From contig JAGBMJ010000006.1 of NCBI GenBank assembly GCA_017634975.1, forward strand, positions 3,901-67,900: a DNA stretch of 64,000 nucleotides, read 5' to 3'. Under the pieces are notes generated by a model that was not told the origin of the DNA, did no database searches, and saw only the letters and a list, made by a program, of their open reading frames with translations. Positions 49,983-59,710 of the stretch are shown piece after piece. The stretch is from Lachnospiraceae bacterium. Its GTDB lineage: Bacteria > Bacillota > Clostridia > Lachnospirales > Lachnospiraceae. A program made the translations under genes and the position numbers. Numbering within the stretch: position 1 is the stretch's first letter; each line of letters starts with the position of its first letter.

Positions 49983-51947
49983 CTACATAGCCCCGTCTTT
50001 TCGCCATAGTGCCACGATCGTAATGATCATCAGTTTGAGGTCCGTTTTGAGGCTCATTTCCGAAATGTACTTCAGATCCATCTCTACCCATTCATCCCAG
50101 GGCACCAGCGCACGCCCCGCCACCTGCCAGATACAGGTGATGCCCGGCTTTACTGCCCAGCGCTGTTTCTCATACGGTTCGATCTCCTTATCCGTTGTCT
50201 GGATCGGACGGGGGCCCACCAGACTCATCTCACCCATCAATACATTCCAGAACTGCGGCAATTCATCGATACTGGTCTTACGGATAAACTTCCCTACCTT
50301 GGTGATACGCGGATCATCCTTGATCTTAAATGCCAGCCCGTTTTTGTCAGCATCCGTGATCACCGCACCAACTTTTTTATCCGCATCCAGGCACATAGAA
50401 CGGAACTTGTGCATCGGAAAATTCTTCAGATCTTTTCCGAAACGCTTCCCACTGTAAACCGCCGATCCCCCATCCTGCAGTTTGATCGCAATAGCCGTAA
50501 CGATAAACACCGGCAACAGCAAAAGCATCGCCGCCAGCGAACCTATGATGTCGATCAGTCGTTTTACGATCTTGTAGGAAAGCGGCTTCTTCCGATACAC
50601 TTCCCACATATCGATCCCTTCATACGCCCTGGGCAGCGCGCCGTTTTCATCGCGTTTGCCCACATTAATGATCTCCGCCCAGGCTTCCCCGATAGAATCC
50701 ACCCGGTCTGCCGGAATCCATGCTGCCAGCAAGAGCGGAAAGATCGCATTTCCGGGATTCAGCATTCCTTTCTGCACCGTGAAAAACACCGCCGTGATCG
50801 TAATGATAAACATGCGGAAGGTTTGCTTGCGCTGCATCAGCCGCCACTGTACCGCCGTATAGATCAGCAGTCCCAAAACCAGTCCCACCAATCCATAAAT
50901 CAGATACAGTCTTGCGTAGGAAGACTCCAGGAAATTAGCATCCGCTCCCTGCAGGTAAAAGTATTTCTCTGTATCTGCATATTTCTCCAGATAATTACCG
51001 AAAAAGGAAAACGGCAGCACCTGCATCAGTCTCTGAGGCACTTCCACTCTGCTCTCCAGAATTCCCATCAGCGGAAGCTTACGAAGCCCATCCCAGCGTT
51101 CTTTATGATAGGTAACCACCAGAAGAAAATAAATGCCGCCAATAATCAGGTAGGAAAAGCACATGATCTGCCGAAACAGCTTCATAACATTCTCCGGCAG
51201 TTTCCACTGTTTCTTCTTGCCGGCAGAACAGATCACCGCCCCCAGGGTTGCCGTGATCACCGAAACCATCGCCACGCGGCCATCCACCAGCCAGAGATTG
51301 ACTAAGCTTACAAACGCAACCAGCAGGTATTCCGGCCAATGCAGGATCCCGCTTTTTAAGAACATCATAAGCAGCACAACAAAGCACATATAAGCTGCTG
51401 TTGCCGTAACGCCATAGAATCCCAACGAATGCCGTATCCTGCCATCGCGCTCCAGATTGTACTCCGGGATCAGCCCGAAAATGCAGATCACTGCGGTCAG
51501 GATATACAAAATACTTACTATGGCAATACTGTAATGTGCGATCCTGCGGAAATCTTTTTTATAGGACGCTACCAGCAAAAGCATCAGCATCAGGATCGTA
51601 TGGTCATTCCATTCAAGCATATGGATGGAATAAAAAAATCCCAGCCCGATCCCTGCCAAAGCCGGGATACGCTCCTGCCACTTCTTCATCTCCACGACCA
51701 CTGCATAGAGTGCCGGGATCAGCATCAGCAGGCGGATATTATAAATTCCCTGAAAAATCGTCTCAATCTGCGCCCCGGTAAGCCCACCGAACAGATTCGC
51801 CACCGCAGCCTCCGCATATCCCGGGAACGGCGTCGTACGAAGCACCTCATAAATAAGTTCCCATGCAAGCAGCAGAAAAAACAGCTTCTCCATCCCGCTT
51901 CCGTGCTTTTCTCTTGTATCTATTGTATTAATGGATTTTGTTTCCAA
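49983..51947 (-). CDS. Wzy-like membrane domain fused to a priming phosphoglycosyltransferase (Bac_transf) domain
   Basis: N-terminal ERDGRIRHSLG, DGR, FLESSY; C-terminal KRLID, KFRSM, DDPRIT, DELPQFWNVLMGEMSLVGPRP, KPGIT. Confidence 0.85.
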   Translation of the reverse strand: METKSINTIDTREKHGSGMEKLFFLLLAWELIYEVLRTTPFPGYAEAAVANLFGGLTGAQIETIFQGIYNIRLLMLIPALYAVVVEMKKWQERIPALAGIGLGFFYSIHMLEWNDHTILMLMLLLVASYKKDFRRIAHYSIAIVSILYILTAVICIFGLIPEYNLERDGRIRHSLGFYGVTATAAYMCFVVLLMMFLKSGILHWPEYLLVAFVSLVNLWLVDGRVAMVSVITATLGAVICSAGKKKQWKLPENVMKLFRQIMCFSYLIIGGIYFLLVVTYHKERWDGLRKLPLMGILESRVEVPQRLMQVLPFSFFGNYLEKYADTEKYFYLQGADANFLESSYARLYLIYGLVGLVLGLLIYTAVQWRLMQRKQTFRMFIITITAVFFTVQKGMLNPGNAIFPLLLAAWIPADRVDSIGEAWAEIINVGKRDENGALPRAYEGIDMWEVYRKKPLSYKIVKRLIDIIGSLAAMLLLLPVFIVTAIAIKLQDGGSAVYSGKRFGKDLKNFPMHKFRSMCLDADKKVGAVITDADKNGLAFKIKDDPRITKVGKFIRKTSIDELPQFWNVLMGEMSLVGPRPIQTTDKEIEPYEKQRWAVKPGITCIWQVAGRALVPWDEWVEMDLKYISEMSLKTDLKLMIITIVALWRKDGAM

Positions 51948-52011
51948 GGTTCACTTCTCTCTTCAAAATAGTCTTTTTCGTTTTTTTCTTATTTCATATT
52001 TTACCAATGAT

Positions 52012-52040
52012 ATTCTACCACTTTTTCCCACATTTCACAA
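52012..52040 (-). promoter_or_regulatory. SigA promoter at the head of the glycan operon
   Basis: TTGTGA-17 nt-TAGAAT with extended TG. Confidence 0.6.
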
Positions 52041-52202
52041 TCTTTACACTCCTGTTTCGTGCCTTTTCTCACATTATTGATGAAACAAGGACGGGCAGAT
52101 CCCTCTGCCCATCCTTCTGTAATTCCGATTTTCCTCTCCTATTCCGCTTCCGAATCGTCCGCCGCCCCGGCTTCCGGCAAATTATTTTTGATTCTTTATT
52201 TG

Positions 52203-52439
52203 TCATTGCATCCGTTTATCGTCGTGATTTCCCTTTATTTCCCTTCGATATTCATCAGCTATATAGTCCGGTCCATTCATCCACATATCCGTACTCTCAT
52301 CAAAAAGCATCTGTCCGGTCTTTGATCTCATAAACCGAAAAAAAGCTTTTTCCCGGGAAATCCTCTGCCTTTTGGCTATATTTTCCGAAACCATCGCGGC
52401 TAATAACTGCATCGTATACTCATATTTGCTCACTACCAT
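52203..52439 (-). CDS. Small DUF3791-like protein
   Basis: ISREKAFFRFMRSKTGQMLFDESTDMW..GPDYI; RBS GGAG. Confidence 0.65.
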   Translation of the reverse strand: MVVSKYEYTMQLLAAMVSENIAKRQRISREKAFFRFMRSKTGQMLFDESTDMWMNGPDYIADEYRREIKGNHDDKRMQ

Positions 52440-52484
52440 AAACATCATCTCCAAGAATCGTACCGTTTGTATAGCCAACCATCC

Positions 52485-52658
52485 TTACAACCTGATTGTC
52501 TGTTTTTCAGAACCTGCAAATTTGATTGCTGCCATTGCCTTCTCTGTCCTGAGACATATCTGATCTGTCAGTTTTTCCGGCTTACATTCCGTCAGATCAG
52601 GCTTTTTCACAGCAATATAGCTTCCGTGATATAGTTTCTTTCCAACTTCAAATATCAT
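52485..52658 (-). pseudogene. DUF3990 gene with an in-frame internal deletion
   Basis: MIFEVGKKLYHGSYIAVKKPDLTECK joined directly to PEKLTDQICLRTEKAMAAIKF; 57 aa. Confidence 0.7.
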
Positions 52659-52879
52659 ATTCTAAAACCTTTCCTTTGGAGATACGAATCAATTTCATCC
52701 ATATTAGCCTCATCACTCTGAACATGAAATTCTTCATAACACGTCTTAATGTAATCATTTATCGCATATTCCGAAAAGATCTTCTCACATTCGCCAACAG
52801 ACTTATTCCATCTTATTTGCGCCATTCGGAACAACCTGATCTGCATCATAAACAGATCATCTCTTCGATTCAATCCCAT
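52655..52879 (-). CDS. DUF3791 family protein
   Basis: IFSEYAINDYIKTCYEEFHVQS...EIDSYL; overlaps the start of the DUF3990 relic. Confidence 0.7.
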   Translation of the reverse strand: MGLNRRDDLFMMQIRLFRMAQIRWNKSVGECEKIFSEYAINDYIKTCYEEFHVQSDEANMDEIDSYLQRKGFRI

Positions 52880-52913
52880 ATTGTATCCTGCCTAACATTA
52901 TTGCATAAATCCG

Positions 52914-53090
52914 TCAGATCTCAATCTCCCAAAATGCCGTACAAAGCGCCGGCCGGCGCCCGTTCAGTGGCGCACGTTTCACCGGGATCAGCTTCCCGGA
53001 TTGCAAAAGCCCCGCTATATATTCATATTGCTTTTGATACTCCGTCTCACCGCTTGCTTGCAGCAGGGTATCCAATGTGATCTTTTTCAT
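52914..53090 (-). pseudogene. Possible N-terminal fragment of a Wadjet JetD-like gene
   Basis: EYQKQYEYIAGLLQSGKLIPVK...NGRRPALCTAFW; recalled resemblance only. Confidence 0.4.
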
Positions 53091-53157
53091 GAATATCCTT
53101 TTAATCCAATCAAACTGGAAGACCGAATAGTTTTTCCGGGCTTCCAAGATTCAGTTA

Positions 53158-54765
53158 TTACTCATCAATAAATCCCACCAGATATTCATTAATATTTCTC
53201 ACACTCTTATCCGATGAGAAATTCATTCCTATCTTGATCACATGATATCCATTTTCTATTTTATCATAATACTTCTCTATATATTTTTTATCATCAATCT
53301 GCTGCATTGCTTCTTTTGCAGTTCTATCGATCTTGCATTCAATTACATAAATATTTTTACCCGCTTCCAACACAGCATCGATCCGGCCGATATTTGTCAT
53401 GCTTTCCGCCGAAACATCCATCCCACACATTTTAAACATCAGATATAATAGCGACTGATAATACTTCTCATATTTCAGCTGTATCGCATAAGGGATCCCG
53501 GCGAATATCGATTGCAGGATAACAATGAGCTGATCTGTATCTCCTCCATATGCTGCTTTCTGCACCCCGGATGCCACCACATTGATCTCCGAAATAGATT
53601 TCCCGGTGTACACAGATGTCAGATCCGTTTCAAAGGACAATTGTACCTCTTTATTGGGATATACCAGTTTATACGCGCGGAGATTATTCTTCTCATCTCT
53701 CTCACCTATGGTCAAATATCCCGTCTGCAGCAGCAGTTGAATGATCGTCTGCGTATCCACATCATTTTCGCTTAAGGCCATGATATCAAACGAGTTAAAT
53801 GATATATCCGTGATAATCGCATTTTGGATCAGTTCCAGCGTGATCTTTTGCTTTTTCGCATAGTTTACCAGGATCACCGGTATTGCCGTCGCGTACCAGT
53901 AATTTCTAAACTCATAGTTTTCCGTGAAGAATCGTCCGATCGACACAGGATTATACACTTTATTTCCTTCAAAAGAAAAACGAAATCCGTCGTACCATAA
54001 AGCAAGCTCCGCTAACAATCCATCTGTTGAATATCCTTTTTTTTGTGCCGCCGCACGAATACCTTCATCAAAGTTATCTGCCAATTCCTCCGCAGTATAT
54101 CCAACCGCATCCGCATATTTTTCACTTCTGCTGATATCCACCAGATTATTCAGTTTACTGAACACAGACACTTGGCTCAAACGTGTAATACCGGTAATAA
54201 AAACAAAGCGTTCCATAGCTTCATAGCCCTTTATCATCTGATAAAAAGCTTCCATGGTCCGGCTTATCTTTTTTACCCCTTTTCCGTCTTCCAGATTATT
54301 GGTAATCGGTCTGTCATATTCATCAACCAGTATGACAACACCTTTATCATATTTATAGTACAGCGCTTTGATCAATTCACCAAACATCAAAGCCGGAGTG
54401 CTTCCTCCAATCTGTACATCATGCCTCCCGGCGATCGATGTCATTTCAAGCTTCAGCCATTCCTCCAGATTGGCTACCGTCAGGCTGTCGCTTCGCCCGA
54501 AATCTATATGAATGATCGGATATTTCTCCCAGGTATAGTTTGTATTTTCGATATATAAGCCTTTAAAAAGCTCTTTCTCTCCCTCAAACACAGCTTCCAG
54601 GGTACTGATCGTCAGGCTTTTGCCGAATCTTCTCGGTCTCGAAAAAAAGAACTGTCCAAAAGGTTCTTTTACCATTTCATAAATGTATCTGGTCTTATCC
54701 ACATACAAATAACCTGACCGTATGATATTTTTGAATGTAGAAATCGAGGTACTGATCGACTTCAT
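53158..54765 (-). CDS. AAA-ATPase-like plus PD-(D/E)XK nuclease protein
   Basis: YVDKT, RPRRFGKS, VDEYD, WYDGF, YPNKEV, GRID...IECK. Confidence 0.9.
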   Translation of the reverse strand: MKSISTSISTFKNIIRSGYLYVDKTRYIYEMVKEPFGQFFFSRPRRFGKSLTISTLEAVFEGEKELFKGLYIENTNYTWEKYPIIHIDFGRSDSLTVANLEEWLKLEMTSIAGRHDVQIGGSTPALMFGELIKALYYKYDKGVVILVDEYDRPITNNLEDGKGVKKISRTMEAFYQMIKGYEAMERFVFITGITRLSQVSVFSKLNNLVDISRSEKYADAVGYTAEELADNFDEGIRAAAQKKGYSTDGLLAELALWYDGFRFSFEGNKVYNPVSIGRFFTENYEFRNYWYATAIPVILVNYAKKQKITLELIQNAIITDISFNSFDIMALSENDVDTQTIIQLLLQTGYLTIGERDEKNNLRAYKLVYPNKEVQLSFETDLTSVYTGKSISEINVVASGVQKAAYGGDTDQLIVILQSIFAGIPYAIQLKYEKYYQSLLYLMFKMCGMDVSAESMTNIGRIDAVLEAGKNIYVIECKIDRTAKEAMQQIDDKKYIEKYYDKIENGYHVIKIGMNFSSDKSVRNINEYLVGFIDE

Positions 54766-55000
54766 TACGATTCCTTCCTACATTACATCGTCTTTTATCG
54801 GATGTTCACCGCACCGCCCATTCCGAAACCGTCGTCTTCTATAATGCTTATTATATCGAAGCATTTTACTAATAAAGTTTACCACCATTTGTCACTTTTC
54901 GCAATTATTTGCCATATTACTCATATCTTTTATAACCGTATCGTCTGGGAAGGCTCGCTTGCTTCGGTATAAAGACTATTGTTCCGGCACTTACACCGGT

Positions 55001-55148
55001 TATACTCATAAACGAAATGGCTTGCCGTTTCGTTTATGAGTCGCGCCGAGCACGTGCCGCTTTAGCGGCAGATTTCCTTACAGGCGAGTGCGCATCCTGC
55101 CGGAGGCCTATACTTAATAACGGAAATGATTTCCGTTATTTAAGTATA
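55001..55148. repeat. Composite palindromic (REPIN-like) element
   Basis: actcataaacgaaatggc / gccgtttcgtttatgagt hairpin; tgccgc-ttta-gcggca; tatacttaataacggaaat / atttccgttatttaagtata. Confidence 0.6.
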
Positions 55149-55330
55149 GATATTGTTGAATCGGTCATAAATCAAATTACCCGTTTTACAGTATTTAGCA
55201 CGCCGAAAAGAGACAATGCATATTGCATGAGCGTGCCGAAAATGTTCTCTCAAAAAAACACATAGTTCACATAACAAAAAAGCCACCAAATATGGGGATT
55301 CCGGGCCGCTGATCTTCTACATCAAGTAGT

Positions 55331-55359
55331 TGACAGGAAAGCATTTTTCCTATATTATT
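55331..55359 (+). promoter_or_regulatory. SigA promoter upstream of a structured non-coding region
   Basis: TTGACA-17 nt-TATTAT. Confidence 0.6.
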
Positions 55360-55653
55360 CATCATGGTTTCGGGAGTCGACCGAGACCGGTAACGGGTAG
55401 TTCCTGTTATCTATTTCATCGCTAATTTGATAGTGACATAAACCGGTCGTCTGTAGTTTCAGCGATTTTGGCACATCTCATTTTCCAAGTTCTCATCCCA
55501 GATTTTGGCCGCAATGTCACCCATCAAAAGCGCCTAACAGCAAAACAGATCAGGAAGATATTCTGCGTGTTGTATTTCAATCGCCCGGGATGTCTTCTTG
55601 ATCTGCGTTTCTCCGGATCTTTTCTAAAAATTCAGCATCCTCCACATTTTTGC

Positions 55654-55682
55654 TTGCGTGTTTTTGTGTATAATGATATACT
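55654..55682 (+). promoter_or_regulatory. SigA promoter of typA
   Basis: TTGCGT-17 nt-TATACT with extended TG. Confidence 0.6.
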
Positions 55683-55715
55683 TTCTCCGTTTGTTGGTTT
55701 ATGGAGGAATTAATT

Positions 55716-57563
55716 ATGAAGCAAAAACGTGAAGACATCCGTAATGTGGCGATCATCGCCCACGTAGATCACGGTAAAACAACCTTAGTCGACGAGCTGC
55801 TAAAACAGAGCGGCGTATTTGAAGAACACCAGGAAGTAGCCGAGCGTGTCATGGACTCCAATGATATCGAGCGCGAGCGCGGCATCACCATCCTGTCCAA
55901 GAATACCGCCGTAAATTATAACGGCACCAAGATCAATATCATCGACACCCCGGGACACGCCGATTTCGGTGGCGAGGTGGAACGTGTACTGAAAATGGTA
56001 AACGGCGTTATCCTGGTCGTCGATGCCTTTGAAGGCCCGATGCCGCAGACCCGCTTCGTGCTGGGCAAGGCTATGGAACTGAAACTGCCGGTGATCGTAT
56101 GTATTAATAAGGTAGACCGTCCGGAGGCTCGTCCTACGGAAGTCATCGATGAAGTGCTGGAACTGCTCATCGACCTGGGTGCGGATGACGACCAGCTGGA
56201 ATGCCCGTTTGTATTTGCCTCCGCAAAGGCCGGTACCGCTTCTCTGGATGCCGATATCGAAGGCAAAGATATGATGCCGCTGTTTGAGACGATCCTGAAA
56301 TACATCCCTGCTCCGGAAGGAGATCCGGAAGCCGGTACCCAGATCCTTATCAGCACCATTGACTATAATGAATATGTCGGCCGGATCGGTGTCGGTAAAG
56401 TTGATAACGGCTCTGTAAAAGTCAATCAGGAAGTAGTGATCGTGAACCACCACGATCCGGACAAGGTTCGTAAAGTGAAGATCAGTAAGCTGTATGAGTT
56501 CAACGGTTTGGAGAAGGTCGCAGTCGACGAAGCTCAGATCGGTGCGATCGTAGCCATTTCCGGTATCTCGGATATCCACATCGGGGACACCATCTGTGAT
56601 CCGGAGCACGTGGAAGCCATTCCGTTCCAGAAGATCTCCGAGCCGACGATCGCAATGAACTTTATCGTAAATGACTCTCCTCTGGCCGGTCAGGAGGGCA
56701 AATATGTGACCAGCCGCCACTTAAGAGACCGTCTGTTCCGTGAATTAAACACCGACGTATCCCTTCGCGTAGAAGAAACAGATACCACCGAAGCCTTCAA
56801 GGTATCCGGACGTGGCGAGCTGCATCTGTCCGTGCTGATCGAGAATATGCGCCGTGAAGGCTATGAGTTTGCCGTAAGTAAAGCAGAAGTACTTTACCAC
56901 GAAGACGAGAACGGCAAAAAGACCGAACCGATGGAACGAGCTTACGTTGATGTTCCGGAAGAATTCTCCGGTGCAGTTATTGAAAAACTGAGCACCCGCA
57001 AGGGCGAGCTCTTGAATATGGGCACTGCCAGCGGCGGCTACACCCGTCTGGAGTTTATGATCCCTTCCCGTGGTCTGATCGGTTACCGTGGCGAGTTTAT
57101 GACCGATACCAAAGGTAACGGTATCATCAACACGATTTTTGAAGGCTATGCACCGTTTAAGGGTGAGATCAGCTACCGCAAGCAGGGTTCCCTGATCGCA
57201 TTCGAAACCGGCGAATCCGTTACTTATGGTCTGTTCAACGCACAGGATCGCGGTAATCTGTTCATCGGTCCGGGCGAAAAAGTATATGCCGGTATGGTCA
57301 TCGGGGAAAATCCGAAGCAGGAAGACATCGAACTGAATGTCTGCAAGAAAAAGCAGCTGACCAACACCCGTGCTTCCGGTTCCGACGATGCCCTGAAGCT
57401 CACGCCGCCCAAGATCCTGAGCCTGGAGCAGTCCCTGGAGTTCATCGGTACGGACGAACTGCTTGAAGTAACGCCGAAGCATCTGCGCATCCGCAAGAAG
57501 ATCCTGGATGCAACGCAGAGAAAACGCGCTATGATCTCGGCACAGGCCAAGGCTGCAAATTAA
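55716..57563 (+). CDS. typA: Translational GTPase TypA/BipA
   Basis: [35 protein letters not shown]. Confidence 0.98.
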   Translation: MKQKREDIRNVAIIAHVDHGKTTLVDELLKQSGVFEEHQEVAERVMDSNDIERERGITILSKNTAVNYNGTKINIIDTPGHADFGGEVERVLKMVNGVILVVDAFEGPMPQTRFVLGKAMELKLPVIVCINKVDRPEARPTEVIDEVLELLIDLGADDDQLECPFVFASAKAGTASLDADIEGKDMMPLFETILKYIPAPEGDPEAGTQILISTIDYNEYVGRIGVGKVDNGSVKVNQEVVIVNHHDPDKVRKVKISKLYEFNGLEKVAVDEAQIGAIVAISGISDIHIGDTICDPEHVEAIPFQKISEPTIAMNFIVNDSPLAGQEGKYVTSRHLRDRLFRELNTDVSLRVEETDTTEAFKVSGRGELHLSVLIENMRREGYEFAVSKAEVLYHEDENGKKTEPMERAYVDVPEEFSGAVIEKLSTRKGELLNMGTASGGYTRLEFMIPSRGLIGYRGEFMTDTKGNGIINTIFEGYAPFKGEISYRKQGSLIAFETGESVTYGLFNAQDRGNLFIGPGEKVYAGMVIGENPKQEDIELNVCKKKQLTNTRASGSDDALKLTPPKILSLEQSLEFIGTDELLEVTPKHLRIRKKILDATQRKRAMISAQAKAAN

Positions 57564-57597
57564 AAAAAGCCGGCTGGTTATTGACCAGCCGGCTTTT
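57562..57597. terminator. Bidirectional terminator between typA and ilvE
   Basis: aaaaaaagccggctggt-tattg-accagccggctttt. Confidence 0.9.
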
Positions 57598-57606
57598 ACA
57601 ATTCAA

Positions 57607-58632
57607 TTATTTGATCTCTACGATCCAGCCTTCGGGCGGATCCAGACGTCCCATCTGGATACCGGTCAGGGTATCGTACAGTTTCCTGGTGATCGGTCCC
57701 ATCTCGTCCATACCGCTCGGGAAGCAGATCTCCTTGCCATGATCTACGATCTTGCCGACCGGAGAGATCACTGCTGCCGTACCACACAGACCACACTCTG
57801 CGAAATCTTTTACTTCATCAAAGTAAATCTCTCTCTCTTCCGCTTCCAGACCAAGATATTCCTTTGCCACGATCATCAGGGAACGTCTGGTGATGGAAGG
57901 CAGGATGGAATTGGACTTCGGTGTTACTACCTTGCCATCCTTGGTCACAAACAGGAAGTTTGCTCCACCGGTCTCTTCTACCTTGGTACGGGTTGCAGCA
58001 TCCAGATACATATTCTCAGCATAGCCTGCCTTGTGCGCTTCTACGATCGGATGCAGGCTCATCGCATAGTTCAGACCTGCCTTGATATTACCGGTACCAT
58101 GCGGTGCCGCACGGTCAAAATCACTTACACACAGCGTAAGCGGCTTAGCCCCACCCTTGAAGTACGGGCCTACCGGCGTACAGAAGATACGGAACTGATA
58201 CTCCGTTGCCGGCTTTACACCAATAACCGGATTGGATCCGAACATATACGGACGCAGATACAGGGTTGCACCGGAACCGTAAGGCGGTACATATGCTGCA
58301 TTTGCCTTTACCACTGCCTTTACCGCTTCCACGAACTTTTCCTTCGGGAACGGAGGCATTTCCAGACGCTGTGCGGTCGTATACATACGATCTGCGTTCA
58401 GGTCCGGGCGGAAGGTCACAATACGACCATCTTCCGTGGTATACGCCTTCAAGCCCTCGAAGCAGGTCTGCGCATACTGCAGGACACCTGCACACTCATT
58501 CAGGACGATATTGGCATCCGTGGTCAGACCACCCTCATCCCATTTGCCATCCTTAAAGTTGGACACATAACGCTGCTCGGTCTGTACATAGCCAAACCCG
58601 AGAGAAGCCCAGTCAAGATCTTTCTTTTCCAT
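57607..58632 (-). CDS. ilvE: Branched-chain amino acid aminotransferase
   Basis: FEGLKAY, LYLRP, KAGLNY, EETGGAN, ILPSITR, GTAAVISP. Confidence 0.96.
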   Translation of the reverse strand: MEKKDLDWASLGFGYVQTEQRYVSNFKDGKWDEGGLTTDANIVLNECAGVLQYAQTCFEGLKAYTTEDGRIVTFRPDLNADRMYTTAQRLEMPPFPKEKFVEAVKAVVKANAAYVPPYGSGATLYLRPYMFGSNPVIGVKPATEYQFRIFCTPVGPYFKGGAKPLTLCVSDFDRAAPHGTGNIKAGLNYAMSLHPIVEAHKAGYAENMYLDAATRTKVEETGGANFLFVTKDGKVVTPKSNSILPSITRRSLMIVAKEYLGLEAEEREIYFDEVKDFAECGLCGTAAVISPVGKIVDHGKEICFPSGMDEMGPITRKLYDTLTGIQMGRLDPPEGWIVEIK

Positions 58633-58686
58633 TGTCAGATAACTTCCTTTCCATAACATTATAGTGTAGTTATTATCTAGTTTTTT

Positions 58687-58715
58687 AGTTTACAACCAGC
58701 GTTTTGCCATGTCAA
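58687..58715 (-). promoter_or_regulatory. SigA promoter of ilvE
   Basis: TTGACA-17 nt-TAAACT. Confidence 0.65.
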
Positions 58716-58744
58716 GAAATATATCGTTTCCCTTTAACGGGCAA

Positions 58745-59710
58745 CTATCTCTTTTTCATAGCATTGATTATGCTTCCTATATTGGTGTCTGTCAGGTATC
58801 CGGAGGGTAATTTCCCCTTTCCTTTCGGATATTTCAATTTTTCCCTGTTCCTGCTTTCCTCCACCAACAGGTATGTAAAGAATCTTTCCCAGCTGAAATA
58901 GACCTTACTCTCGATATGCTCCACCGGATCATTAAGAATACTTCTCACATTTTCATTTCCGTCAAAGATTGCAGATTTTAATATCAGCCACTCAAAACTC
59001 TCCGGCAGAAAAAAATCGATTTTCTTCCCGCTCAGGTTCTTATATCGTACCAATTTCTGTATTTCAGAGCCTAATGCGGCTGCATCTGCAATCACAAGAA
59101 CCCTTCTCTCCCTGCAATCGTCTAATGCTGACAGGATATTGCTCTTTCCTTTCGCAGATTTGCAAACTACTCCCCATTCCTCCGTAGCTTTTTGAAAAAA
59201 CTGGAAACCAGCTTTCGAATCTTCAACGATCACCAGATCATACTGAGCAGCCCTTATGTCTCTGATGGAAACATTGTCATAAATCTTTTCAATCTTTGGT
59301 TTGCTGTCATTTTTTATAATCTGCCGGATAGCCTCTATACTATACGGAATCTGCGGTAAAGGCTCTCTCGAAACTAATACATAATAGTTATCTGTACGCA
59401 TTATCGCCTGTGCAAAACTATATTCCGGCAAAAATTTTGCCCCCTCATCCACAAAAACAATGCTGTTTTTCGTTTTTTCCAGGATCGTATCCCAGTTATT
59501 CCCCTCCAGAACAACACAAGGTTTATCACATTTTAGGGTTACGCCACTGGCCTTTCCTTCTGCAGCATAGTTTTTTACCATATTGATCAGTTTTGTTTTT
59601 CCCGTACCGCTATCACCGGTAAGTATTGTTACATTTCTCTCAAGAACGAATCTGAAGGCGATATGCCTGTTTTTAATCGATAAAGAAATTCTACCTTTCA
59701 CTGCCATCAT
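58745..59710 (-). CDS. Minimal P-loop ATPase fused to a TOPRIM-like domain
   Basis: GDSGTGKT, IVFVDE, VLVSR; VIVEDSKAG, SAKGK, IADAAALG, PESFE. Confidence 0.8.
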   Translation of the reverse strand: MMAVKGRISLSIKNRHIAFRFVLERNVTILTGDSGTGKTKLINMVKNYAAEGKASGVTLKCDKPCVVLEGNNWDTILEKTKNSIVFVDEGAKFLPEYSFAQAIMRTDNYYVLVSREPLPQIPYSIEAIRQIIKNDSKPKIEKIYDNVSIRDIRAAQYDLVIVEDSKAGFQFFQKATEEWGVVCKSAKGKSNILSALDDCRERRVLVIADAAALGSEIQKLVRYKNLSGKKIDFFLPESFEWLILKSAIFDGNENVRSILNDPVEHIESKVYFSWERFFTYLLVEESRNREKLKYPKGKGKLPSGYLTDTNIGSIINAMKKR

